Below, piece by piece: positions 1 through 14,938 of a stretch of 64,000 bases of DNA (the first letter of the stretch is position 1; each line of letters begins with the position of its first letter). The position numbers were made by a program, and so were the translations under genes. The DNA is from Marsupella aquatica (lineage: Eukaryota > Plantae > Marchantiophyta), in the NCBI GenBank assembly GCA_973895155.1, contig OZ316892.1, positions 10,148,283 to 10,212,282 on the forward strand. Reading direction: 5' to 3'. The notes under the pieces were generated by a model that saw only the letters and a program-made list of their open reading frames with translations, had not been told where the DNA came from and ran no database searches.

Positions 1-2159
1 TTTAGCTGAATATATAAAGAGAAATCAAGATCCAGTCCTTCGAAGAATTGTAGCACTTAATGTTCAATTCTTAATTCAAATCTCTTTATTTAAAATACCT
101 GGAACCCTGCGAAGGCATTGCGACCATGAGCTGTGATCATTTTGACGGCCCCGTAATCACCGCCATCCAGCTTGGCTCTGTATACTTTTGCCGATCCTCC
201 CTCTCCCAAAAGATTGGCGTCGCTGAAGTTGTCGGTAGCAGCTTGGAGCTTCGAGAATTCCATTTCACACGCCGAGGATAGATATATCTTAGGCTTGGGA
301 GGCACAATGATTCGCAAGCAGAAGCTGGGCTTCATCCAAGGTCGCAATCCAAGCTTGGAACCAGATGTTGGAACCGATTCATCCTTAAACTTTGCGCTGG
401 ACATAAGTGCCGAGAAGCTGTCTCGGAAGCTGTCCATCCATGATCGAACTCCCTTAGCACGAGCGTTTAGCGGACCTGAATGCGAACGTGAAACACAATT
501 TGAAGATCACGTCAACTGAATTCTAGAATTCAGGCTTTAAATACTTCCGCTTCTCTTCATACGAATGTAAATAATTAAGGTAACTCCAATCTCAAATTCC
601 TCTGGAATGTGAGGCTCGTTCATCCTTACTACCTACAATTTCTTAAAACCAGATCCTTTGGGGAGCGGTTCGACTGTCCTCGAGAGATATAAGTATTTAA
701 AGAGGTCTAAACCACAATTGTCAGTACCCCACGTTGTGGATGATCTTCAAGAGCTTTGCGAACGAAATGAGTTGGCAATCCTTTCTCCGGATCCTAGCAA
801 ATTGGACAAAGTAATGAAAATCCTTTCACAATAATTTTAATTTTGTAGATCGATTGATGTTTTCATCCTTAATTATGTATCAGCTGGAAGCAAGAACGAT
901 GCATACATCTATGGACTGTAACTGCCAGAATGTGAATCCGACGTGCAAGAGAAGTTTCCTTAAAGTAAAGTTGCCCCAAAGTAAAGTGCGGGGTGATGCC
1001 CACTTACACTTGATCTGGCTGCTCCAGCTAGTTGAGGTTTGGTCCTGCGCGTAACTTGGTAGTGGCGATTTAGGTGGAGAATGCCTTCGTGATCTTACGT
1101 ACACCCCAAATATCACGCATGCCAAAACTACCAAGACAGTAAGGGGTAGACTGATTGCCAAGGCAATGCCTGTTCCCACACTCACTGATCTATGAGGTGA
1201 ATCTGCCAAATTCGAAACGATAATTCTCTGTCAGCATCTTTTGGGTTTTGCTTTTCGCAAGTTATTACGTACTCTTCTACAGATCATTCAACTTCCACAA
1301 CATCCTGACAATAGTAACGAATTAAATTAAGAAAATTCTGAACTAACATTTTGCATCCTCGATCAGATATCCTCCCAATTCATGTACTCGGATAAGGAAA
1401 TTAAGACCCCTGAATCACCTAGGCTGAACCCCGGGCTGAACACCGAAGAGACCTTCTCTTGGTATCAGATTAAGATCTAATCATTCCCTTCAAGTGATTG
1501 GCGATTTGCCTAACTGCTCTCAGCATGAGTGACAATCCCAGGCGTCCTCGTTGATCGAGATGACGAGACTCCAGGAGCTATGACTCGGATTTTCTTCCTC
1601 GATCTGGATCATGTAACTTTGAGATGATTGATACTTTAGCGAGTTATGGTGAACCCCCATCAACAAGCTAAATCATAAAATGTACTTTCAACCTTCGACA
1701 TCAATGACGGATTCTGTCCACAGAAATCAATGGCCATACTGAAATACAAAAGTAATGAGTGGGTGGTGCATTCCTCTCGTTAGCGGGGGATTATGGCGTG
1801 TGCGAACTCTGATATTTGAAGCGAGTATTATCTAGACTGTTCTAAATCAATGGTCCAAGGACGAAACATCATATACCAGGAGTAGACGGAGCATAATTAC
1901 CTTGCAGAAGTCTTCGACGACCAAATGTTGAGAAAGAAAATGCTGTCAATCCACCACTTTGTCTCCCTGAATCTCTTAGTTGGTCCAGACTCATCCCAGA
2001 ATACGCGCCCCCCTGGCAAGCCATTGACAGTGGAAGACCCTCAGCCTGTGTGATCTGATCATATCTCAGGAGGGTTGCCGCTTGTACCAAGTGTCCATTC
2101 CCCAAAACCAAACAAACGATCGTTACCAGCAAATCCATGGAATAGTTACACCAACTCAT
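1..2159 (-). CDS. Receptor-like protein kinase, 5' part (signal peptide, short ectodomain, TM helix, kinase subdomains I-II); gene continues past the left window edge
   Basis: Exon ~2159-1878 has a signal-peptide-like stretch (LLVTIVCLVLGNGHLVQA) and donor GTATAT. Exon ~1205-1008 has a TM helix (GIALAISLPLTVLVVLACVIFGVYV-RSRR). Exon ~475-99 reads FSKLQAATDNFSDANLLGEGGSAKVYRA...AVK and ends at CAG|GTATTT. Internal exon boundaries are approximate. Confidence 0.85.
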
Positions 2160-5100
2160 CCTTATAATGGATACCGGTGACGGAAAGGCACAAATATAGT
2201 TCCTATCTGTAGTACCGGTGTGTTCATAGGAAAAGTTCAGTTAACAAGTTAAGCTTCTCTCCGGTTCAGAAGTACGTCCTATGGTGAGCAAATTAGGGGC
2301 CTTTGTACGTAGAGAGTCATCTTGCTCGCCAACCCCGTATTCCATTGGTAATATCGATGTCCGATAGCGACATCGGTTTTCATCTACTGCAGTTCCTATG
2401 TTCCAACTAGTCCGCCAACCTCGCCGCCAACATCCTTCCTACCTAAATCCGGTGCCGAGACAGATGTCATCGTGAATTTTTGTCTCCCTGTGATACATAC
2501 GAAGACAAATTCAACTATATTCGCTTTTCTCTCGACCAGTGATCCTGAACCCTGTATCTGTCAACCGAATGAATATGTGGTGCAACCAGTATCCATGATC
2601 CCTTCCACTGAGATAAAATTTAGGAACTAGGCACGACTTAGCGCTCGCATCCTTAGATCCATATATACGTGGATAACTCCCGGTCAGTGTTCCGTATTTA
2701 GAATTGGTCGCGAACTCCCTTCAATATGCTTGATCCCGAGCTGCAATGCGTCAATGAAGAGCTAGCGCAGGTCAGCATAGATCTCTCGATTGAAAAACTA
2801 TACAGAGCGGCTTTAAGTGAAGAATGCCAAGGTCTAGAATATATGCAGCAAAATATAATATAATGAAATGTACTTCAAGATCAATGACAACGTCCATCAG
2901 ACTTGCAATTGCAGGACGGATTATTCAGACATGATCGTGTCCTTTACTGTAGCTAGCTACTGACTCACCATTCACGCATTTTGCCTTACAAGGTTTAGAA
3001 TACTGACGCGTCAGTCCCCGAAAGAGGTTCAAAACTACCACATTGATTATACATACTTCACATATGTCCACGCAGACGAATGAAAGTTTTGGAATTTCAC
3101 CTTAAAGATCCTACAGTAACTTCAACAGATCAAAGAACCTTGAAACAATAGTTTAGGAGCCGCCAACAGTACCTTCTAAGATAAGGACATTACCAACTCA
3201 GATTCAGACCATCCAGGTCCAGTATCGTCGTTGTGAAATGAGTTGTGGCGAGCACAAGCGATTCTGTAAAGACGAACTTGTTGCCAAAGGCCAGGTTCAG
3301 CCTCGAGACCCTTGGGTCACCGATGAATAACATGGACGGTCATCGATGTCCTTCGTCTAGCCAAAGTACGTGTACATCCTGTTCAACTGCCATCACCTGA
3401 AACTTCTAAGTACCATGAGCCACCTTCCAACTGAATGAACGTCGCCTGCTTCCTGCCTTGAGCAGGTCGTCCTCCTCATTGCCTCCATCAATCCCCATCC
3501 CAGAGTCTAGAACCAGCAACACCATCCGTCCCAGCGGCCTGCTCCTCTGATGGACCGTCTCCAGCAGGACTTCCACTCTCGTAACTCGTGCCCTCTCGTA
3601 TGGCAAAGTAAGCACTGCCAAAACGAGCACAACTGGGGTCTGGTCTCCACTCTCCACCAAACTTTCTCACGCACCTCAGCTTCAATTCTAGATTGGAATA
3701 ATCGTCAGGCACGGTGCGGAATGAGCAGCTGCACTCTGAACCTAGGGCTGCAATAGTGGCAACGTTGCCGGCTGGCCAAGATAGCTTCTTCGACAGCTTC
3801 AGGGAGGAGCTCGACTACAACGCCAGGATGGAGCCAAGCGAACTATGTCCCGAGTCTAACTCAGTACACTTCGTATCTTCTAATCTAATATTTTGATAAT
3901 AAAACAGTGACAGACAACACGGGTATAAGTATTTTGAGAATAAAGCACTCACTGGTAGACAATAACGATGATGCTCATCCTGGAACTACAGTAGCTGAAA
4001 ACCTGGCATTAGTTACTTTGTCCTTGTCCTGTAATATATATATTTAAAAGACAATGATACTTTCTTGACTGTGAGGAACACCTGAAGAAACTGTAAATTA
4101 TTGATGAAATTGGAAATAATTAACCAATCCTGATTGTTAATTCGCATTCAATGGTTAGAGACAAGCAATTGTGAACAAATGTGCTTTATAGTCCTAAAAC
4201 AGTCCTAACCAAGCCAGAAAAACCACCAAGTGATGCATTCCATCAGCTTTCTTTGACCCTTGGTTTTGCTGACAAGGGTGGATTGCATCTTTATCGCTTG
4301 CTTTATCTTAGGGGCAGTTAACATTTAGTTAGGGGGGGAGCGAGGCGGGGAGGCATCAGCTTAGACTTATGAGTAACTTTTGGATAATTATAGTACATCC
4401 ATCCCCAGCTCTCTTACAAAGAGAATTCCCTCTCCCGAGATACCTTAGGCCTGTGAATCTCAATCCTATCCCAATCATTCTGGAATTGAGGTGTGACTAA
4501 CAAGGGACTGTACTTGACTGTGGTACTAACTGTTGTTAGCAGTAATGTTTTTAATTGGCAAAATGTCAAAATCTTCCCTTTTCCACTGGTAACAACAATT
4601 GCACATCAAAATATCACATATATAGTGCACAACATTATCACATATATGGTTTGTACAACATTACTCCATACCATGATAAGTTTCATTATTTTACTCAAAT
4701 CAGTCAATGAGTGCACACTATAAATTATCATATTTTGATCTGTGATTACCAGTAGGGTTAGCTTCTCCACCTCCCAGCAAAATGTACAGAAATAAGGGCA
4801 TACAGTGACCCCTACAAGGTATAGGACTACCATATTTTGATATGCATATCCAGGGAGAAATACAGGAGATCCTATGCTCCTAAAGGAAGGAATAATCATA
4901 CTTTTACGTGAGACAATGTAAGCCAGGAGCACATTCTATGAGGATGCCTTAGCTAAAAACATTACTAGTCTTGCATTCAGACCTTTTTTGAAATCCTTGG
5001 TAGTTCTCGACCGGCCCAAAATCATGCAGTGACAGTCAAGTTACTTGTGCTCACAATTTGGGTAGACTATAGTCACAATACACGGTGATGCCATGTACTG

Positions 5101-8100
5101 GGTTTATGGACCCAATAGTAGAGAATACAGTGAATACATATGCAAAAAGGGGAAGGGGGTGGATTGGGTAAGAAATAGACTTGGGGGATTCATTGGGGCA
5201 GAAAGAGGCATATACCTCATATTTCAATCTACCTGCGGCAATTTCTAAGTATCACAGATCCTATATTTTGTAAGGTACGTCGCACGTAGTACTGTTTACT
5301 TCATAGCCACTGGACGTTCCGCCATAGAATATGTTGGGCGTGCTGTGCAATGTGCACCCCATCGCGACGCTGGCTGGCTGAGTCTTCCCCTGCCTGACCT
5401 CCTCAGTGGCTCTGAATCAAATCCACTTTCTGGCTGAATCTTGGATCGTCCAAAGAAAGAAAATTTGGCCACGCCGTTCTGAACATTCACAAAAAGCCAC
5501 GGAATGCATGTACTGTGTGGATCGGCGACATGAAAGTATGGTTAATGTGTGTGGGCAAGCAATGTTTCGTCTTGGAATTCGTGAGTCAGTTACCATGTGA
5601 CTTCAATTTTTAATAGTGAATTCGGGCTTATGTGCCAATCAATTTCAGACTATTTTATAATCATGCGCTTAATTGATTGGCTGAACTGGTGTTTGAGAAT
5701 TGGTAAAGAGCTACTTGGTTGCATGTGAATTGCATCAAAGCTAGGCAAACAGGTTTGTCGCAAAGGCTCTTATCAACGAAGATGGAGAATGAGCCAAAGC
5801 CTCGATATCTACTGCGCTGTCTTGTCACTTTGCTATGAGGACAATGTTCGGTCGGGCAGGGTAGATATTTGGTATATTGATCTATTAATACACGTGAGTT
5901 CGGAAAAGAAAATTACAGACTATGTGACGAGATTGCCACTGGCGATTTCATCAGGTGGAAATTTTCACTGATGTGGTGGGTCATGGGGTTTGAAGAGGAT
6001 TCACTTCTCATATTTGACATGTGCCCCATAAGAATCGCTGCGTGCCCTGCGAGATGGCCGATGAAGTCATTCATGAGAGGAATCATAGCTCAGGATCACA
6101 GACATGTTTGTGGGAACATGAATGACTTGCGTGGTAGGAGTAGCTTTAGCAATATAACAGCGCCAATAACCAAACAGTATTAAAATTGTCGTTTGAGGCC
6201 CAGGAATTTGTGTATGTTATAGCTGCTCCCCGAGCTGCTCAGGAAAACGAATTATTTCAGGCGTTTTGTTTCAAGGAATGACTTCGTTCGAAGGCAACTG
6301 GGCAAGACAAACAGAGTAATCTGGATCATGTGGAATTGACGGTTTGGCTGTATAATATTCACAACCCCATCATTTCAGCAAATCGCATCACAGGCACAAT
6401 TTCAAAGATTTTTGTGTAAATATCTCGTCTCCACAATTTCAAAGTTTTTCCCTGGAAATGATTAAGAATCATACAAACCTTGAGTACATTACATTCTAAG
6501 CTGAATGCATGGGCAGTTTGCTTTCCTTGAAGTATGGAGCGAACATTCCCGGCTCATGGAAGTATTGCTTAATTAAAAACTCTAACAAGCTTTGTCCTTA
6601 GTTACCATCTGGCGTTTGTATGTCCTTCCTTTTGATTAACAAAATCCGCTAGATCAGTTTACACTCGAGCTCCTATGTCGTTACTGTCTAGTAATGATTA
6701 TAACACTCAAGAACATGATGACTGTAAATAATCCAGTCGTTACAACTGTGGAAGTATCGTGGCCCACAGAGTAAGCGGAGGTTACACGACAACTATATTG
6801 GACCAGCTTCATTTTTTCCATATCAAAGCAAGTGCTTTTGAGTTCTAAATGGGCACCCACGTTGTTTTGTATTTTGGGTAGATGCGAGCTCAAGAGCTGG
6901 GACTAACAAGGCCCTTACCGACCTTTCTGTGCCACAACGAAAGATAACGAACCTGCGCCAGACCAGCGTGGTACGTGAGGCCAACGGCTTTTAAGTGCAT
7001 CCGAGTAGATCCTCACATGAACGTGTCTTGCAAACTTCGAAACCTTCGCAGAAACTGAGCAAGTCACGGGATAAAGCTCACCTTTCATAATTGACAACTG
7101 GAATCAAAAGAGCTCGCTATCCGCACTGTAACGTACAACCCAAGGATAAGACATTCCCTCCCCTCTCTTTACCCGTCTCAACGAATGGCTGCTTTAACTT
7201 CTAATATGACAAATCTAGCGTAATATCTGCTATGACCAAATCTGCTCAATACGTAGTTGTAGAAAGATACTCAGGTCGTTTCCAGCAGCAGGTCCGGCAA
7301 AGTGGTACTATGTGATTGCAGTTACATATGTTGAACAGATCAGTATCAGATGTTCGAGAGGATTTACTGCCGAAGGACTGTTAGTGATAACCGATGAATC
7401 TGATTTGCGTGAATGGACGAGCAGCAGAGGATGTGGTGAGTTTGGTGAACCTGCTAAAACTCTTCCGTTTGGAAAATGCAGGGTGCTCCCCTCGGTACTG
7501 GTTTTGCTGATCTAGCGCAGTGAGCTGCTCGAATGCCACCTTGGAGACCGAGACGGAGTCAACAATGGTGCTGAGATCCTCAGGTAGACGACATTGTCGT
7601 GATCTTCACACTGAGCAGTTTGCTACCCTCTCGGTCTGAAGTTCTTGCTTATCACAAGATTTAGGCGACAATCGAAATCCTTAAATCTAGGGAACCCTCA
7701 GATTGTGTGAAGAATTCTGGAGTTGATTTTTGGTCCTGCATCGTGGAAAGTGTACGTAATCTGGCTGAGCGAAACTGTCGGAATGTAAATCGCACTTCAG
7801 AGGTGATGACTTTCGACTATGGCATGATGCTTGCCCCACAAGATCAAACTCCCTCCCAATGGCTAGCATTTTGGAGGAATTTTAATGAGTACTCAAGGGA
7901 AATAGAAAGATATTGAAAGAACCATAATTGAATATTCAGTTTTCAATTGAAAAGATAATGTAAGAACCAAAATTGAATATTCACAGTTTTCATTTGAAAA
8001 TCATTAACCACTCTTGTCCAATGGCCCGTCATTCTGTGCACAGTTATTTAAGCAAGCACGATAATTAGCTAACATTCCCGACCACCGCTCGGGGACAAAA

Positions 8101-8325
8101 TTATTTAGTTACACTTCTGAGAGAAGTGCAAAAAGGAATTCCGTTAATGGAAGTATCGATTAATGACATTCAAATGTGCAGGCAAAGGATAGAGGCAATC
8201 ATTGGAAAAACAGAATGCAAGCACGACACAGTCTCGGTGTCGTGAATTTCAAGTATTTCTTTTCCGCTGTGGAATACACTTTTAATAAACTCAACGGGAC
8301 CTACGAGCGAAAGTCTTATGTACAC

Positions 8326-11300
8326 CTAGGCAGAAACAGGAGCTTTGAGATCAGCAAGATAAGCCAGTGAGTAGGGAGAGGTTGATTTTCCAAAAATAAC
8401 ACACCAAGCAGGAAGCTTCTCCAACACTTCATCCAACTCTTCTGTTACTACATTGATATCAGTTCTCAATTTGAGCAACAATGTTTCCGAGCCCAAGTTT
8501 AGAGGTGTCTCCTCTTGAAAACTAGAGTGCCAAAACAAAGTGAGCTGTAAATCAGTTGGGCCGTCAGCGTCAGTGACAAACTGGACATTATGCCAGCCAT
8601 TTACTCCAACAATTGTGCCGCCCGGAACCAAGACTTGTCCGTCACCTACGCACAACACACCACACCACACCAATAAGAAACTAACTCACTTCCAATTCCT
8701 GTATATAACTCTCTGAATAACAACAGACTGAAGTTCTATGTTAAGGTACTTTCAATACTCCAACAACCAAACCTTCCATCATCCACCTGTACATCATGTT
8801 ATACTACTTTCTCATAGGAATAAGGGAGATGATCCCTCCTTATGTTCTTGCCAACAGCATCACAAGAACGATATTTAACAGTAGGTAGAATTGGTTAATA
8901 ATACCTTCTTTTGCCAAAACTGACTTCAGTTTGAAAGCTTCAACTGCAGTTGTATTTATTGCAAGATTCCACCGATGAGCTGAGGCACTGTTGAATCTGA
9001 CCCAAGTAACTCTTTGTCCTCCGACAAACTCGTCCTTTTCTATCTCCAACGTCGGCTGGCTTCCTGACAAATCTTCGACTCCGTCCAACGGCTTCATACA
9101 GCCATACTTCACCTTAAAACTGACAAAATCTACAGAACTTTGCCCACAAATGAAGGCCTTATCATTCAAGACACTCAACTCTTTCTCAAGTTTTCCTGGG
9201 GTGTAGGAGAACAATGATATGAAATTGCGTGGATTCTCACTAGGGCCACCATGCCCTGTTGTGTCGATGACATGCACTGCCTGCGGAAATGAAACAGAAA
9301 CTAGATGAGAAGCCAGCAACAACTACAACGAGGACTTCAGCAAGTCGTTTACAAACTAGGATTAACGAGGAGCGAGAATCTAAGAATCCCTTCATTTTAA
9401 GAACCATTTTTTAGGTACTCATTTGAACCGAGTGAACTGAAGACTCGTTCAAATTTTCCTTCAAAAGAGTAGCGCGAATTCAGGAACAACGTCCGATTCC
9501 GTAACTCGTTCACAAACAACTCGTTTACGCGAGTTTCTAGAACTCCTTAAACCACACCTGCCCCTATAAAGGGCTACGGGTAACCCGTAGCTCTCATTCT
9601 AAGGAGTAGAAGTTCAGAAATGGGCTTTGAGCTCCACAAAAGGTGCTGACTGCAAAACCTTTTTTTGGCAAGTATTCCACAAAACCTGCTAATGTTCCAC
9701 CTTTTATGGTGAGTAGTGAGACATGGAATAAGGCTTTTATAGTGGCAGGTGTGGTTTAATGATAAGGATAACTTCAGTCTGTGCTTTCTAGAACCAATGC
9801 CAATTTGACAGTCACGGACGGTGTCTCACTCCCATCCAACATCGGCAGAAACAAGGCACAACAGTATTTCTTGGTACAGGCCTGACTCAGATCAGATCAG
9901 ATTAAATTAACTACACATATCAGAAATATAAACGAAGTTCTGATATGGCAGGGCCTCCGAAAGAATAGTTGGATCTAGTACTTACTTGAATGCCTCTCCC
10001 AAAATCCTCTGTGAAGGCCGGAACTAGTTGGGTAGTCACTAGAAAAATGGCGCTAAAGAATACAACTGTCAACGCTGTGAGGATGTTTGCCAAAGCACCT
10101 GAAGAAGAGCTCACCAAGTGTCATGCAAACCAAGTTGTGTTACTTTCAGTACCGGTCCACCGCATACAATGCAGTCTAAACCCTAAACCCTAAATAAGAA
10201 CGTGGCTTGGATTATATTTCATACAAAATATGAGCCAAAGCAGCTGTTTGACAACAATTCAACTAACCAAGCTGGAGAACCATAGTTCCACACTCGAGGA
10301 GATGAAACAGTAGAGGCCCAAGACTCTAATTTTATCCGCAGGAAAAAGAACATACCTGACCGATGAGCAAATGGCAGCAAGTATGTCAACAACAGACATG
10401 CAAAAGCTGCGATTATGAAACCAATAAAAGCATTTCCGGCCCAACCTGCGACGCTACCCGGGTTCCTATACGACGAATAACAAACAAGTTTAAAGTGAGA
10501 ACTTCTGAAACTCGAAAATTGTTAATCCAGAAGAATTACGCACGGGACAGATACAATACGCAGTCTGTCAGATACTACAATTCAAGAAAGGTGTCCCATA
10601 TAATTGATTAAGAAATTCACATGGTCAGCAGCTCATTACATCAGGAAATTAAGACAGACTGAAAGGCATCACATACCGATCAAATCCCACTAGTAACCCA
10701 ATAACGGAATTCGTCAACCTGATAATTGGCACAGCACTCATCACAAGACCTGGTACCAAACTGAGCCACAGGGTTCCCCGTCGCAAACCTCTAAGACTTT
10801 GCCGCGGTGAAAATTGAGCCTCAAACACTGCGTCTGTTGCATCAACACATGCGTAGGATTTGTACATCATCTTCTTAAGAGAAAAAGGAAGTAAGTAAGA
10901 TAAAGTACAACCTATGCAGGGGTATCTTCATGATTCAAGATTTCCGACCTACTCGTCATACGAAGAACATTGATTCTCATGTCTTATGAACAGAGCACTG
11001 CAAAGCTCCACCGATAACACCCCACTACTAATCATAAATTCGAAAATCTGTGCCAACAAGACTGCAGTATCTTATGATTCGCAGACTTACATGCAATCGT
11101 TGGAGGAATGATCCAAAAGAGAGAAATATATGATGACCCAGCGTCAACCCATGTCCCCAGAGCAAGAACCGCAACCCACTGGAAAACACCAGCCTTAAAT
11201 AACCATCTTTCTGCATGCCATCTCGCATGCTCCTCTGTATGGTCCTTCTTTCTCAAGTAGTACAGCAAAATACATCGCCCTGCTGCATGCCCAATGAGCG

Positions 11301-14300
11301 AACCGAAAACGGCTGGAGCACCAAAAAGCCCGACCACCAACCATGGGTGTGCTATATAAGGAATCGAGAAGGAACTCATCGTCGGGAGAGCAGTGGCGAC
11401 GCCCAGAATATATACAATTGCGGCGCACCAAGTGAATCCAATAGTTAACAGGGCCAAACCAAATTCAATAAAGGCTGAGAATCCAGACAGATAGAGAGAA
11501 CTGAACAGAAGCACCAACCCCTGGGAAATCAGGTTAAAGTACTGAGTTTTAGCCATGGATTTAGGATAAGTAACCATATACTGTCCCTGCATTCAAAAAG
11601 GGAACCAAATGTGTTAAAGATGTGACAACTCAAAACAAGTACAGAATACCTGATTAGGAACATTCCCGGACCTGCAAATTAAAACCATTAATTGAAAGCT
11701 TCTGTTAAATGAAGAAATTGACCTTAGTCGTGGACAATATGAATGATGAATTGGTTTGCGAGCGTAGTGAAGTAAAGTAGTAGTCTATCAATTTGGGACT
11801 TCAGAAGGTGATAAACTGACGACTAGTTCAAGTCAGATCCTCAAGTGCGGTGAGGGAAGTGTGCATTTCTAGATAACTTTCCATTCTAGAATTAACACTG
11901 CTGTTGATTTTACACTCCGCCCTAGACAAGGAATAAGTTGATCCAATTAATATACCAAGACGTCGAAGTACACCATCTCCATCTTCTCAGAGCCAGAAGA
12001 ATTTGTCCGCAGAAACTCAAGTTCGTCCGACAATCCTACTTTCTTCAGTAAAGCAAGCAAGTCCTCGCCAATATGCTGAAGAGATCCTGCCCGAAGAAGC
12101 TCAAGCTTGTCGTTCTGTCCACAGAATGAAAAAGTTCAACCATTTGTTTTTCCATTCTTCCTCTTAGTTTTTAGGCAACATTGGGTTGATGAAAGTCTTC
12201 CAAATTTATACAAGTGTGACTTCTTCTAGCACACATCCGCAATTGACTTATGTACCAGAAGTAACAAAGTCCACATGGGATAGGAACTATACTCAGGGAA
12301 CTTCCAAATTACACTTACGATAGGGAACTATACTCAGGAACAATATTGGACACGCATCGTAGACCTACGCGCCAAAAGCAGTAATCCATAAACAACTTTA
12401 CAACTTCCGAATAGCTAAAAACGCCAACTTGATATGGAGAAGATTCTTGAGCGCGGATACAACATGATAATGTCGGTTACAAATATGATCAAAGAGAACT
12501 TTGCAGTCATGTAGAAGACACAACCTGAAATCAAAGGTCCGAGAGTATTTAAGGTAAACGTCTGGTGGTCCAGCTCACATGTCAGCCATAACTTGTACCT
12601 TGGTATGATAAACTCCACTATTCTCAACAAATCCAAAGTCGAGTCCAGAAAGACCTCCAATTTCCCTGTAGACCTGAAAGTCTGTGGCGGATTTCACAAG
12701 TCCAGAGTGAAAGATATCCTGTACGAATGGACCAGAGTTTAGTAAACTGAGAAGGGACAAGGAGGCAGCCCAAACCAACCGTTGCATTGCAAACCAAAAA
12801 CTGAAAAGCAATGAAGACTTGTTGATCAGGACATCAAGATCATTGTCAGAGATCACCCTCACAAACGCTAAAAGTAACAATGATAACAAAACAGCCATAA
12901 TATGAATGACCAAAAAACATTCTTCCCAATCTTCCTACGGTGACTCTTAGTACAAACTTGGCAGAGGTATCAAATGATCCATCACCTGTGCCCCAATTTG
13001 TGCTGCAGGATATTTGGCGACACTTGAATATTGTTGAAGTAGCCATTTATCTGACCCAGCCTGTCAAGCAAATAATCGACTTAGTCCTAGCAAGTCCAGG
13101 ATATGCCAGTTCATCATAAGATAAACATGTGCAAGGGATGGGATGCCCCAGCACATTTCCATCCGCAACGTTCTCTTACATCGCACAAATTAGAAGGTTA
13201 AAACGAACCTGAAACAGAGTTGATCTCCCTCCAACACCCATGGACTCCACGTCAATGGCAGCACGGATTGTTGAACTCCAAGGGTGCTGATACACTCATT
13301 CCAAAAACGTTATGAGGTTTCTCCAGCAGCTTAGTTCTGGTACCAGAAAATCAAAATAGAACCACGTGACACGATATGACATATTACCATATTCCAATAT
13401 CGCTGCTGATTTGAAAGTAAACAGGGGTGTGACAATGGAAGCATGCCATTGCTTTGGAGAGTGGACAAAACGTGCACCTGGGTCATGAAACTGTGGGCAC
13501 CATCAAGACCCTCTTCTTCTCCTGTATTAAATAAAACTATGATAGAGTTTTTGAATCCACGAGCCCAATACGATAATGCTCGCACCAGTTCAAGCAAAAT
13601 TGCTACGCATGAACTGCAGTCGCCAGCTCCTGGCCTGGATCAATTCGCCGATATAGTTTACATGAGGTGCAGTACTGAAGTGTATGGAAAGATATGTCCT
13701 ACGACCATCTCTGCTGACAGTCACATGTTACAGCAGACTGTAAAGAAAGACGAGACCATGGAAAACTACTCATCAAATAGCCAAGGCTATAGAGAAAAGC
13801 TTTTCAGAGAAGTGGCTTACGAGGTGACCACAGTATCAATGTGCGAAGATATCAGAATTGCATTTTCCTTAGAATTGTAGAAGTCTGAGGGACTTATTCG
13901 AACAACCAAGTGTCTCAAATTTGTATAAACCAGTGACTTCCCGTAAAAGAGCCCACCAACCAGCCGGTTCAAACCAGGGCCTGGTTCAAACAAATCAACC
14001 TCAAACTCAACATAGGGATCTGCTGCTTCTTTGATCTCCATCAATTCAGAATAGACATACTGTCAGTCCAACCAAACCACAGGTCAAACAACTGCCCACA
14101 TAACTCCTCAAAGCCAATCGACGACCATGATTGGAAACCATCCGAGTCATCCAGGGCTCAATCTTGAATGTTTTCATCCACAAAAGGTGACACAACGTGG
14201 AAGAAGTACAAATCAAGAGAAGCATCGATCAGACCAAAATTAGCAGAATATACTATATATTCTCTGAAACTAAACTCTAGTCATGAGCTACTGATCATCG

Positions 14301-14938
14301 AAAGCAGCCTTAGTAAAAATCTACCATACATGGAACTCCATCCAGGAAGTTGAAGCATCAATGATCGTTTCCACCTCAGAAAATTGAAAAGTAGTACAAG
14401 CAGGGCATTTTCGGGTCCACGCGCAATGTTAGTGGCTATTGACAATTTTTCTTCACCAACAAGGTGCCCTGATAATTGGCAGTTTACAGCGGCATCATAA
14501 GTCATCTGCAAACAAGTGAATGCATTGCAAACTAACCATCAGAGCTTTGTCAAGAGCCTCAGTGCCGACGGGGTGGGGGCCGAATTCCACGAGCGACCTG
14601 ATGTGATCCCGCGCGCCAATTTCAGAAAAACCATGAGGGCCTGCCTGCTCTTTGCTGAGAGGCACGGGTAATCTATCCGACTGATATACGTTGACAAGAT
14701 AGCAGACATACAGCATAAGAATCACCATCAACAGCCATTCAAAAGCGGCTCCGAAAGCTCCCTTGTCCGATCTAGTTTGCGTGTGTGGCCGTGTGGGGCG
14801 AACATTAGTCTCACTCGTCTGGCCGGCTGCTGCTGCAACACCACCTTCGCCTGATGTGACCGCCTCGCTCTCATTTTGCACATTCTCCTGTCTGGCCTCT
14901 GGATTCGCGGCCCTAGCCTGCCCTCTCTGCCGTGCCAT
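8326..14938 (-). CDS. ERMP1: Endoplasmic reticulum metallopeptidase 1-like (peptidase M28), multi-exon
   Basis: Spliced segments give GFSEIGARDHIRSLVEFGPHPVG, LISSHIDTV, PGAGDCSSCVA, LFNTGEEEGLDGAHSF, DIFHSGLVKSATDFQVY, GLDFGF...VYHTK, multiple TM helices and C-terminal LPAWCVIFGKSTSPYSLAYL. Introns are GT-AG. Confidence 0.93.
9547..9759. mobile_element. MITE in an ERMP1 intron, ~25-bp terminal inverted repeats (TIRs) bounded by TTAA
   Basis: TTAAACCACACCTGCCCCTATAAAGGGCT at the left and AGGCTTTTATAGTGGCAGGTGTGGTTTAA at the right are near-perfect inverted repeats. Internal near-palindrome GCTACGGGTAACCCGTAGC. Confidence 0.8.
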
